Source: an uncultured Actinomycetota bacterium (GTDB lineage: Bacteria; Actinomycetota; Actinomycetes; JAHEKZ01). Taken from it: a DNA stretch of 64,000 nt. A program made the translations under genes and the position numbers. Below, in pieces: positions 30,795 to 39,500 of the stretch; within the stretch, counting starts at the first letter, position 1, and the number at the start of each line of letters is the position of its first letter. The stretch is from assembly GCA_963743915.1 (NCBI GenBank), contig CAVURN010000002.1, positions 544,001 to 608,000 of the forward strand, written 5' to 3'. The notes below the pieces were generated by a model. It was not told the DNA's origin. It worked only from the letters and a program-made list of their open reading frames with translations, and made no database searches.

Positions 30795-32105
30795 TCAGGA
30801 CGCGGTGAGCTCCCGTTCGGGTTCGTCCGCGTCCGTGCGCGGCGCGGTCGCGGCGAAGAACTGCACAGCGGCGAGGACGACCAGGAGTGCGATCCCGAGC
30901 CACAGCAGGGTGCCCGGCGTCGGTCGGTCGACCAGGAACACCAGGACGCCGAAGAGACCGGCCGCCCCGAGCTGAAGTCCCTTGCGGTGCGCGGCGACGA
31001 AGGCGCCGAAGGCGCCGGTGTCCCACCCCGTCCTGGCGCCACCCTGCGTGAACAGCGAGCCGGACAGTTCGCGCGTCCTCGTCGCCCACGCTGACGGCCC
31101 GGAGACCGCAGCGCCGAAGGCCAGCAGGAGTCCGAAGAAGAAGATCACCCGGATCCCGTTGCGCAGGAAACGAACCAGCGTGTCGAATACCGACTCCGCC
31201 GTCCCGAGGTCTGCGCCACCGGCCACGGCCGCGTCGAGGTAAGCCTCCCGCCCGAAGGCCAGGACCAGGCCGACCAGCAAGGCCCCGCCGGCCACCAGCA
31301 GCCCCGTCCACACGATGCCGCGCCTGCGGTCCTGCGACAGGAGGATCGCGCCCAGGAAGAACAGCAACGCAAGCCAAGGCAGCACGAAGGCGAGGGTCTT
31401 GAGAAGCTGTAGCGAGGACTTCAGGTCCTGCAGATAGCTGACGTCACCCACTGGCAGAGGGACGCTCGCATCGGTCGAGGGGATCTTTGCGGCGATGCCC
31501 ACACCCTGCTCGAGCAGCCGGCTCTTCACCGCGTCCAGGATGGGACCGAGCTCGAGGAGGAGCTGGCCATCGTCGGAGATGACGAGTACCTCGGACGTGT
31601 CGCCGTTGACGTAGGCCACGATCGCCTCGGACGCCTGACGATTCACCTCGCGCCACAACGTGTCGAACTGGTCGGTTTCGAGGGCTTTGACCACCAAGTC
31701 GTTGGTGGTGGACTCGACCTGGTTGGCGATCGGCCCGGCGGCGAAGGTCAGCTTCGGTGGGAGGTTGGCCGCGAGCTCAGCCTCCACATCGATCTGGGCG
31801 AAGATCGCGTCCGTGACTCGACCGGCAACGCTGTTGATGACGTTCGGGTCATCAGACAGGGGTGCCACGGTCTCGACGTAGCGGTCGGTGTCGAGCAGGG
31901 TGTTGCGTGACCACACGGCGAGCCCCGCGATGGGGACAAGGGCGAACCCAATGGCGAAGAGCACAACGACTGCCGTGGACCGGAGCCAGTGGTGACGGCC
32001 GGCCCGGTGCTCGGTGTGGCTCAACGCCTCGTTCTCGCTGCGCAACCGGTCGATCTCCGCCTTCGCCTGCGCCAGCTCGCGCTCGAGCTCGTTCTCGTTC
32101 GCCAT
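30795..32105 (-). CDS. Integral membrane protein with N-terminal coiled coil
   Basis: WSRNTLLDTDRYVETVAPL, FDTLWREVNR, several TM helices. Confidence 0.8.
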   Translation of the reverse strand: MANENELERELAQAKAEIDRLRSENEALSHTEHRAGRHHWLRSTAVVVLFAIGFALVPIAGLAVWSRNTLLDTDRYVETVAPLSDDPNVINSVAGRVTDAIFAQIDVEAELAANLPPKLTFAAGPIANQVESTTNDLVVKALETDQFDTLWREVNRQASEAIVAYVNGDTSEVLVISDDGQLLLELGPILDAVKSRLLEQGVGIAAKIPSTDASVPLPVGDVSYLQDLKSSLQLLKTLAFVLPWLALLFFLGAILLSQDRRRGIVWTGLLVAGGALLVGLVLAFGREAYLDAAVAGGADLGTAESVFDTLVRFLRNGIRVIFFFGLLLAFGAAVSGPSAWATRTRELSGSLFTQGGARTGWDTGAFGAFVAAHRKGLQLGAAGLFGVLVFLVDRPTPGTLLWLGIALLVVLAAVQFFAATAPRTDADEPERELTAS

Positions 32106-32194
32106 CACGACCCCGTCCTACAGTTCGCCGTCCCGGATGCGGGCGCGATCGGAGTCTTGCACACCCCGCAACGTCCGGACATCACCCGCGAGGG

Positions 32195-33061
32195 ATGAGT
32201 CAACCCGCCGTCGGTAACGTCAAGACGCGCCTCGGCCCCGTCGATGCCTCCCAGGTGAGTCTCGTCGCCGCCCGGTCCCTGAGGGGTGCGCCCCTGGCCA
32301 CCCTCATGGCGGTGCTGGTGCTCTCGGCCGGCGCCCTCACGTGGCAACACCTCGATCCTGAGAGCGTGGCCCGCTTCACCGGTCGAGAGCTGCGTCCGAC
32401 CGCGACGACGACGAGCGGCGTGAGGCTTGCCGTTCCTTCGCTGTCGGTGGCGCCCGACCCCCACCACCAGTTCGTGGCGACCCAGCCGGGGTCCAGCGAT
32501 CCGGTCACCTTCGACCCGTGCCGTCCGATTCACTACGTGGTACGACCGAGTGGCGAGCTCCCCGAGGGCGACGAGCTCATCGCGGACGCCTTCGCCCGGA
32601 TCACCGCTGCGTCCGGACTGGTCTTCGTCGACGACGGCGCGACCAACGAGGGCCCCTCTCCGGCCCGACCGAACTTCCAGCCCGACCGGTATGGCGACCG
32701 CTGGTCGCCGGTGCTCGTCGCCTGGTCGGACCCGCAGGAGTTCCCACGGCTCTCCGGTGAGGTGATCGGACTGACCTCGAGCCAGCCGGTCCTGGCCGAG
32801 GACGGACAGCTGGCCCTGGTGTCCGGCCAGGTGGCGCTCGACGCGGCCCAGCTGGCCGACGTCGTGCGCTTCAACGGTGGCCGGGCGGTCGCGATCGCGA
32901 CCATCACGCACGAGCTTGGTCACCTCGTCGGGCTCGCCCATGTCGATGACCCGCGGCAGCTGATGTATCCCCGCGCGCGGGCCCTGGTCAGCACCTTCGG
33001 CAACGGTGACCTGACCGGGTTGGTCGCCCTGGGGAACGGGACGTGTCACGACAAGCTGTGA
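32195..33061 (+). CDS. Matrixin (M10)-like zinc metalloprotease
   Basis: FDPCRPIHYVV, HELGHLVGLAH zinc motif, Met-turn QLMYP; start codon uncertain. Confidence 0.85.
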   Translation: MSQPAVGNVKTRLGPVDASQVSLVAARSLRGAPLATLMAVLVLSAGALTWQHLDPESVARFTGRELRPTATTTSGVRLAVPSLSVAPDPHHQFVATQPGSSDPVTFDPCRPIHYVVRPSGELPEGDELIADAFARITAASGLVFVDDGATNEGPSPARPNFQPDRYGDRWSPVLVAWSDPQEFPRLSGEVIGLTSSQPVLAEDGQLALVSGQVALDAAQLADVVRFNGGRAVAIATITHELGHLVGLAHVDDPRQLMYPRARALVSTFGNGDLTGLVALGNGTCHDKL

Positions 33062-33196
33062 GGGGCACCTCAGCACATCGGTCGAGCTGGAGCGGCGTAG
33101 CCTGAGGACCATGGCAGCGACGCCGAAGTGCATCATCGATCGCGCGCGCCCCTGCGGTGGTTGTGTGGCCGACTCCCCCGCCACCTGCCCATACAC

Positions 33197-33781
33197 CTAC
33201 CTGTTGGCTGACGACGCCGCCTCGCCCTCTGCAGAAGCGGTGTCGCGGGGCAAGGGCACGAGCCCCACGAACTCCTTCGCGAAGGCCTCCACCCCTGCGT
33301 AGTCGGTGTAGTCGTGGTCGCGCCGCACGTCGGTGTCGAGCCCGGCCGAGGCGGCGATCTTCTTCAGCATCGTCCGTTTGACGAACCCGTACTGTCGGTA
33401 GAGCAGCGCACCGGCGAAGAGTCCGACCATGTCCGGCTTCCATCCCGTCTCCTCGACGAGGTGGTCAAGGTAGCCGCGCGCCTCGACGTCCCCGTCCGGG
33501 CCGCTCGCCGACGACAGACTCACCTGGAAGAAGGCCGAGGGCAGTCGCCCGAGGTGCTCCGCGTTGCCCCGCACCCACCGGACCAGGCCGGAGTGGTGAC
33601 GTCCGACGTGGATGGACGAGCCGACGATCACTGCGTCGTAGCCGACTGGTGAGGTGGGGGCGTCAGCGACGCGGCACGCCCGCACGACGTGTCCGGCGGC
33701 CTCCATCGGCGCCTTCATCCGATGCACGACCTCGTCGGTGTGGCCCTCGGTGGTTCCGTAGACGATCAGCACAGCTCCCAT
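33197..33781 (-). CDS. Flavodoxin-domain protein (HemG-like)
   Basis: YGTTEGHT FMN loop, GSSIHVG, FAGALLYRQYGFVKR, DHDYTDY. Confidence 0.85.
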   Translation of the reverse strand: MGAVLIVYGTTEGHTDEVVHRMKAPMEAAGHVVRACRVADAPTSPVGYDAVIVGSSIHVGRHHSGLVRWVRGNAEHLGRLPSAFFQVSLSSASGPDGDVEARGYLDHLVEETGWKPDMVGLFAGALLYRQYGFVKRTMLKKIAASAGLDTDVRRDHDYTDYAGVEAFAKEFVGLVPLPRDTASAEGEAASSANR

Positions 33782-33873
33782 GCCCACAGGGTGGCCAGGC
33801 CGGGGTCGGCCAGGCAGAGGCCAAGGGCCCCCCTTCCGAGCGAGCTCTCTTGACGAATCATCCATCAGCCGCT

Positions 33874-33885
33874 ACTAATATTAGT
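33874..33885. promoter_or_regulatory. AT-rich palindrome immediately before arsR, candidate autorepression site
   Basis: ACTAATATTAGT, with TTGACG at 33850. Confidence 0.45.
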
Positions 33886-33886
33886 C

Positions 33887-34228
33887 ATGGCTAATTCCAA
33901 TGCCCTGGCGGTCTGCGCCGACCCGACCCGCCAAGCGGTGCTCACCGCGCTGCGGCACGGACCTCGCTCGGTGGGCCAGATCGCCGCGGGGCTGCCCGTC
34001 AGCCAGAGCGCCGTGTCGCAGCACCTGCGCGTCCTGCGCGAGGCCGGGTTGGTGCGGTCTGAGTCAGCCGGCACCCGACGCCTGTACAGCGTGGACCTCG
34101 ACGGTCTGGGCGAGCTCCGCGCCTGGTTCGACCGGTTCTGGGACGACGCCCTCGAGGCGTTCGCCCGCCATGTCGAGCGCACTCATCCCCCGGGACCAGC
34201 GGCGTCCGCCCCGAAGGAGACCCCATGA
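33887..34228 (+). CDS. ArsR/SmtB family regulator
   Basis: ADPTRQAVL, VSQSAVSQHLRVLREAGLV, GTRRLY. Confidence 0.92.
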   Translation: MANSNALAVCADPTRQAVLTALRHGPRSVGQIAAGLPVSQSAVSQHLRVLREAGLVRSESAGTRRLYSVDLDGLGELRAWFDRFWDDALEAFARHVERTHPPGPAASAPKETP

Positions 34229-34671
34229 GAACCACCACTCCCCCCGTGATCCGGACGACGTCGGTGTCGTGCTCCCCCGATGAGGCCTTCGAGATCTTCA
34301 CCCATCAGCTCGGCCAGTGGTGGCCGCTGCCGAGCCACAGCGTCTTCGGTTCCGAGAGCGTGACGGTCGCCATCGTGGAGGGGCAGATCGTCGAACGTGC
34401 CGACGACGGGCGTACCTGTCTCTGGGGCGAGGTCATCACCTGGGACCCGCCCGACTCGCTCTCCTTCACCTGGCACCCAGGGCGACCCGCCGAGGAGCGG
34501 ACCGAGGTGACCGTCACCTTCCGCGCGGAGGCGGGCGCCACGCGCGTCGAGCTGGTGCACCAAGGCTGGGACCTGCTCGGTGCCGACGCAGAGGAGCGCC
34601 GTGCCGGGTACGCCGGCGACGGCGGGTGGACCCAGGTGCTCGCGGCACTGCACCGCCACCGCAGCCATTGA
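34225..34671 (+). CDS. SRPBCC (AHSA1-like) domain protein
   Basis: WWPLPSHS, WDPPDSLSFTW, TRVELVHQGW; ATGA-coupled to arsR. Confidence 0.9.
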   Translation: MRTTTPPVIRTTSVSCSPDEAFEIFTHQLGQWWPLPSHSVFGSESVTVAIVEGQIVERADDGRTCLWGEVITWDPPDSLSFTWHPGRPAEERTEVTVTFRAEAGATRVELVHQGWDLLGADAEERRAGYAGDGGWTQVLAALHRHRSH

Positions 34672-34673
34672 GC

Positions 34674-35132
34674 TCAGGCCGGACGCCGGACGAGCACCAC
34701 GTACTCGTCCTCGTCGGCGGTGGAGCGGAAGCGCTCATGCTCGACGAAGTCGAGCGACTGCACCGCGCTCAGGGCGCGCCCGTTGAAGGCGGCCACGGTC
34801 AGCCGGAACGCGGTCGGGGAGAACCGTGACCGGCCGAACTGCAGACCGGCCCCGATCACGCTGCGCCCGAGCCCCTGCCCGGTGAGATCCGGGCGCAGGC
34901 CTCCCCCGGTGTCCAGCGCGTCGGCGGAGTAGTCACCGCCGGGGACCTGGGCGTCCGGCCCGAAGCAGCGGAAGGCGACGAGCTCCTGGCCCTCGACCAC
35001 CGCGTAGTACCCGTTGCCCGGGTCGACCAGAAAGGACACGTCACCGGTTCCGTCGTACCGTCCGTACGGCTCGGGATACCGCCACCGGGCCACCTGTTCG
35101 GCATAGTGGGTGTTCATGGGGATCAGGTGCAC
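34674..35132 (-). CDS. GNAT family N-acetyltransferase
   Basis: WRYPEPYGRYD, GGGLRPDLTGQGLG, TVAAFNGRA (3' part of ORF 34674..35987). Confidence 0.82.
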   Translation of the reverse strand: MHLIPMNTHYAEQVARWRYPEPYGRYDGTGDVSFLVDPGNGYYAVVEGQELVAFRCFGPDAQVPGGDYSADALDTGGGLRPDLTGQGLGRSVIGAGLQFGRSRFSPTAFRLTVAAFNGRALSAVQSLDFVEHERFRSTADEDEYVVLVRRPA

Positions 35133-35165
35133 GCCGTCAGCGTACGAATCCGGCGGAGGGTCGCG

Positions 35166-35990
35166 ATGAGCCCCACGCCTACCTTCACCCAGCCCGGGGT
35201 CAGCTGGTCCGTGCGCGTCCAGGGTGTCCGGACCGGACGCATCCTGCTCGACCACGCTCCGGACGAGGTGCTCCCGACCGCGAGCATCGGCAAGGTCCTC
35301 CTGCTGCTCACCGTCGCCGAGCATCTTGCCGACGGTCGCCTGGCGGCGTCCCAGACGGTGAAACGCTCGGCCGTCGAACCCGTCGCTGACTCCGGCCTGT
35401 GGCAGCACCTCACCGTCGAGGAGCTCCCGGTCGCCGACGTCGCACGTCTGGTCGCCGCGGTCAGCGACAACCTCGCCACCAACGTCCTGATCGACCTGGT
35501 CGGACTCGACAACGTGGCTGAGACGGCCACCGGCCTGGGCCTGACCCACACCGCACTGCTCGACATCGTGCGCGACGACCGCACCTCCCAGCACCCACCC
35601 GCGCTGTCCACCGGCAACGCTGCGGAGGTGGTCCGCCTCTGCCGTGACATCGAGCTGGGGCGCGCGCTGTCCCCCGCTGCGTCGCAGCAGGTGCGTACCT
35701 GGTTGCGCGTCAACACCGACCTGTCGATGACCGCCTCGGCCTTCGGTCTCGACCCTCTGGCGCACGTCGACCCCGAGCGTGCCCTTCAGCTGTGGAACAA
35801 GACGGGAACGAACATCGGCGTCCGCTGCGACGTCGGTGTCCTGAGTGACGCAGGACGAGACGACACCGAGGCCGTGGCCTACGCGGTGCTCGCGCACTGG
35901 CGGCCGGACGAGGAAGCCGACCCGGTCCGGGACGACGTGCTGGCGACGATGCGTGAGGTCGGCGCGCTCGTCCGCGCCGCTCTGCACTGA
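35166..35990 (+). CDS. Serine hydrolase, class A beta-lactamase-like fold, no signal peptide
   Basis: ASIGK (SxxK), SDN and KTG motifs. Confidence 0.85.
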   Translation: MSPTPTFTQPGVSWSVRVQGVRTGRILLDHAPDEVLPTASIGKVLLLLTVAEHLADGRLAASQTVKRSAVEPVADSGLWQHLTVEELPVADVARLVAAVSDNLATNVLIDLVGLDNVAETATGLGLTHTALLDIVRDDRTSQHPPALSTGNAAEVVRLCRDIELGRALSPAASQQVRTWLRVNTDLSMTASAFGLDPLAHVDPERALQLWNKTGTNIGVRCDVGVLSDAGRDDTEAVAYAVLAHWRPDEEADPVRDDVLATMREVGALVRAALH

Positions 35991-35996
35991 CCGGTT

Positions 35997-37188
35997 CTAG
36001 GTGCTCGAGCCGACAGCGTCGCGTGCCTCGACGAAGGCCGCCACTGCCCGGTCGACGTCCTCGTCGGTGTGAGCGGCCGACAGCTGCACCCGGATGCGCG
36101 CCTGCCCGTGGGGCACGACCGGGAAGGAGAAGGCCACGGCGTACACCCCTCGTTGCCACAGCTGCTCGGCGACCGCGCTGGCCACCACCGCGTCGCCGAA
36201 CATGACGGGCACGATGGCGTGCTCCCCCGGCAGCAGGGAGAAGCCTGCCTCCTCCATGCCGGTACGGAAGCGTGCAGAGTTGCGGTCGCAGGCGGAGCCG
36301 CAGGTCGTCGGACGACTGCAGCAGGTCGAGGACCGTGAGCGAGGCGCCGACGACGGCCGGGGCGACGGAGTTGGAGAAGAGATAGGGCCGCGCGCGCTGC
36401 TTGAGCACCTCGACGATCTCGCGTCGTGCCGCCACATAGCCGCCGCTGGCCCCGCCCAGGGCCTTTCCGAGAGTCCCGGTGACGATGTCGACCCGGTCGC
36501 CCACCCCGAACTTCGCGGGAGTGCCTCTGCCGCCGTCGCCGACGAAGCCGACCGCGTGCGAGTCGTCGACCATCACGAGGGCGTCGTACCGGTCGGCCAG
36601 GGCGCAGATCTCATCAAGTGGTGCGTAGTAGCCGTCCATCGAGAAGACGCCGTCGGTGACGATCAAGCGGTAGCGCGCGTCGGACGCCTCCTCCAACCGG
36701 CTCTCCAGCTCGGCCAGGTCACGGTTCGCGTAGCGGAGACGCCGCGCCTTGCAGAGCCGGATCCCGTCGATGATGCTCGCGTGGTTCAGCGCGTCGGAGA
36801 TGACGGCGTCGCGGTCGTCGAGCAGGGCTTCGAACACCCCCCCGTTCGCGTCGAAGCACGACGGAAACAGGATGGCGTCCTCCTGACCGAGCCACGACGC
36901 CAGACGGGTCTCGAGCTCGCGGTGGATGTCCTGCGTGCCGCAGATGAAGCGCACCGAAGCCATGCCGAACCCGCGCTCCTGCAGCGTGCGGGCGGCGGCC
37001 TCGAGCAGACGGGGGTCGTCAGCCAGGCCGAGGTAGTTGTTGGCGCACAGGTTGAGGATCTCGCGCCCCTCGACGTCGCGGACGTGCGTGCCCTGGGGGC
37101 TGGCCAGGATGCGTTCGGGTTTGTAGACGCCCGTCTCGCGCATCTCGGTGACGCGTCCTTGCAGCTCTTCTCTCAGCGCGTCCAGCAC
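35997..37188 (-). CDS. kbl: Glycine C-acetyltransferase (2-amino-3-ketobutyrate CoA ligase), frameshift near 36290
   Basis: [54 protein letters not shown]. Confidence 0.95.
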
Positions 37189-37189
37189 G

Positions 37190-38224
37190 TCAGACCTCCG
37201 ACCAGTCGAGCAGAACCTTGCCACACTGGCCGCTGGCTGCCGTGTCGAACGCCTCTTCGAACTGGTCGTACCGGAAGCGGTGCGTGATGACCGGCGAGAT
37301 GTCCAGCCCGGCCGCGACCAGGACGGACATCGCGTACCACGTCTCGAACATCTCCCGGCCGTAGATGCCCTTGATGGTGAGCATCGAGGTGATGGTCTTC
37401 ACCCAGTCGAAGGGCGCCTCGTCGCTGCTGGGGAGCCCCAGGAGTGCGATCCGCCCACCGTTGGCCATGGTGTCGAGCATGCTCGACAGGGCGGCCGGGG
37501 CCCCGGACATCTCCAGGCCCACGTCCCACCCTTCCTTCATGTCGAGCTCCCGCATGACGTCGCGCAGATCCTGGCGGGTGGGGTCGACCGCCAGGGTGAC
37601 GCCGGTGCTGCGGGCCAGGTCGAGCCGATACTCGCTGATGTCGGTCACGACCACGTGGCGCGCACCGGCATGTCGGGCCACAGCCGCCGCCATGATGCCG
37701 ATCGGTCCGGCACCCGTCACGAGCACGTCCTCACCGAGCACGGGGAAGGCGAGTGCCGAGTGCACCGCATTGCCGAAGGGGTCGAAGATCGCGGCGATCT
37801 CGATGTCGAGCGCCACCGGGTGGCGCCACACGTTTCCTGCCGGCACGGAGATGTACTCGGCGAAGCCACCGTCCCGGTGGACGCCCACCCCCTTGGTGTT
37901 CGGGCACAGCTGACGCCGTCCGGCGCGGCAGTTGCGACAGCGACCGCACACGATGTGTCCCTCGACGCTGACAAGATCGCCCTCGCGCACGGTGTCGACG
38001 CCGGGACCCACCGCGGCGACGTGTCCGGCGATCTCGTGCCCCAGCACCACGGGAGGCGAGACCATGCCCTGGACCGAGGGGTCCCACGACCGGATGTGCA
38101 GGTCGGTGCCGCAGATCCCCGTGCGCGCGACCTTGATGATGACCTGACCGCTCTCCAGGACCGGCTCCGGCACGTCGGCCAGCTCGAGTCCCGGCCCCGT
38201 GGTGCGCTTGAGCAACGCCTTCAT
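37190..38224 (-). CDS. tdh: L-threonine 3-dehydrogenase
   Basis: [32 protein letters not shown]; adjacent to kbl. Confidence 0.96.
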   Translation of the reverse strand: MKALLKRTTGPGLELADVPEPVLESGQVIIKVARTGICGTDLHIRSWDPSVQGMVSPPVVLGHEIAGHVAAVGPGVDTVREGDLVSVEGHIVCGRCRNCRAGRRQLCPNTKGVGVHRDGGFAEYISVPAGNVWRHPVALDIEIAAIFDPFGNAVHSALAFPVLGEDVLVTGAGPIGIMAAAVARHAGARHVVVTDISEYRLDLARSTGVTLAVDPTRQDLRDVMRELDMKEGWDVGLEMSGAPAALSSMLDTMANGGRIALLGLPSSDEAPFDWVKTITSMLTIKGIYGREMFETWYAMSVLVAAGLDISPVITHRFRYDQFEEAFDTAASGQCGKVLLDWSEV

Positions 38225-38234
38225 GAGTCCTCCG

Positions 38235-39500
38235 TCATGCCCCCGCCGACCCGAACGCGGCGCGAACGGCAGAGCGTACCTGCCGGTGAGGCCAGGTCCA
38301 GGCCCCGATCACCGCGATCGTCAAGCCGACTGCACCGGCCAGCACGACGGCGGCCGCGGGGCTCGACCGGTCTGCGACGGCGGCCAGACCGATGAGCCCG
38401 GTGATGGCCATCGCGTTGAACCCCGCTCCTGCCACGCCGAACACCCGACCCCGTCGGTTCTCCGGTGTCAGCTGCATCGACAGAGCCATGAGGGTGACGA
38501 CGTAACCCTGGCCCAGACCGTTCATCACCCACAGCACGAAGGTCACCGCCACTGGCGGTTCCATCGCTGTCGCGAGCAAGGGCAGCATCGACGCGATCGC
38601 GAGCGGGAAGACCAGCTGCACCTGACGCTGCATGGGCAGGCGCGCCACCAGCAGCGCTCCGATCGCGGCGCCCGCGGGCGTCGCGGCCAGCAGCGCCGTT
38701 GCCGCCCATGGCGGTGCCCCGGCATCTGCCGCATAGGGCAGGGCCACGGCGTCGGTGGCCACGAGGATGGCGGCGGTGGCCCACAGCAGGAGCACCACGG
38801 CGCGGATCGATCCGGTCTTGACGATCGTGCGCAGGCCCGACTTCGCGTCGTGCAGGATGCGGCGTGCGCTCGTGCCGGCGGCCGCGGCGGCGGGACGCGG
38901 CACCACGAACGCGAGGACCACCAGCGCCGAGATGAGGAAGGTCAGGGCGTTGAAGAGGAGCGCCCAGGTCGCCGTGGTCACCCCGAGGGCAAGACCGGCG
39001 AGCAGGAAGCCGAGCACCTGCACCACCTGCTCGAAGGTGGTGCCGAGACCCACCACGGCCTGGTACTCCTGAGGGGACCGTGCCGCCTCCGGAAGCAGCG
39101 AGGACCGCGCCGACAGGGCCGGCGCGCTGAAAGTCTCCGCAACGAGCAGCACGATCACGGCCAGGACGTTGGCGTCGCGGGCCACGCACACCGCGAGCAG
39201 CGCCACGAGCAAAGCTCGCGCCACGTCGCTGTAGAGCATCACCGACCGCCGCGGGAACCGGTCGGCCAGCGAACCAAGGAAGGCGAACCCGAAGGTGCTC
39301 GGGACGTAGGACACGGCGAGGACGAGTGCAGTCAGCACCGCGTTGCCGTCGGTTCGCTCCAGCACGTACAGGGCGAGCACCACGCGGGCGAGCTGGTCGC
39401 CGACACCGGAGAGCAGGCGGGCCGCGAGCAGTGCCACGAGCTCGCTGTTGCCGAGGACTGCGCGGTACTGCGCGGCGCCACCGGCCGGCTGGTCACTCAC
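38235..39500 (-). CDS. MFS transporter
   Basis: [10 protein letters not shown] motif A, about 12 TM helices; GTGA overlap with glnE. Confidence 0.88.
   Translation of the reverse strand: MSDQPAGGAAQYRAVLGNSELVALLAARLLSGVGDQLARVVLALYVLERTDGNAVLTALVLAVSYVPSTFGFAFLGSLADRFPRRSVMLYSDVARALLVALLAVCVARDANVLAVIVLLVAETFSAPALSARSSLLPEAARSPQEYQAVVGLGTTFEQVVQVLGFLLAGLALGVTTATWALLFNALTFLISALVVLAFVVPRPAAAAAGTSARRILHDAKSGLRTIVKTGSIRAVVLLLWATAAILVATDAVALPYAADAGAPPWAATALLAATPAGAAIGALLVARLPMQRQVQLVFPLAIASMLPLLATAMEPPVAVTFVLWVMNGLGQGYVVTLMALSMQLTPENRRGRVFGVAGAGFNAMAITGLIGLAAVADRSSPAAAVVLAGAVGLTIAVIGAWTWPHRQVRSAVRAAFGSAGA

Noticed and set aside
35166-35990. Antibiotic-resistance beta-lactamase
   Set aside because: It has SxxK/SDN/KTG but no signal peptide, and I could not identify the class A Glu166 omega-loop motif. 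Better called a serine hydrolase of unknown substrate.
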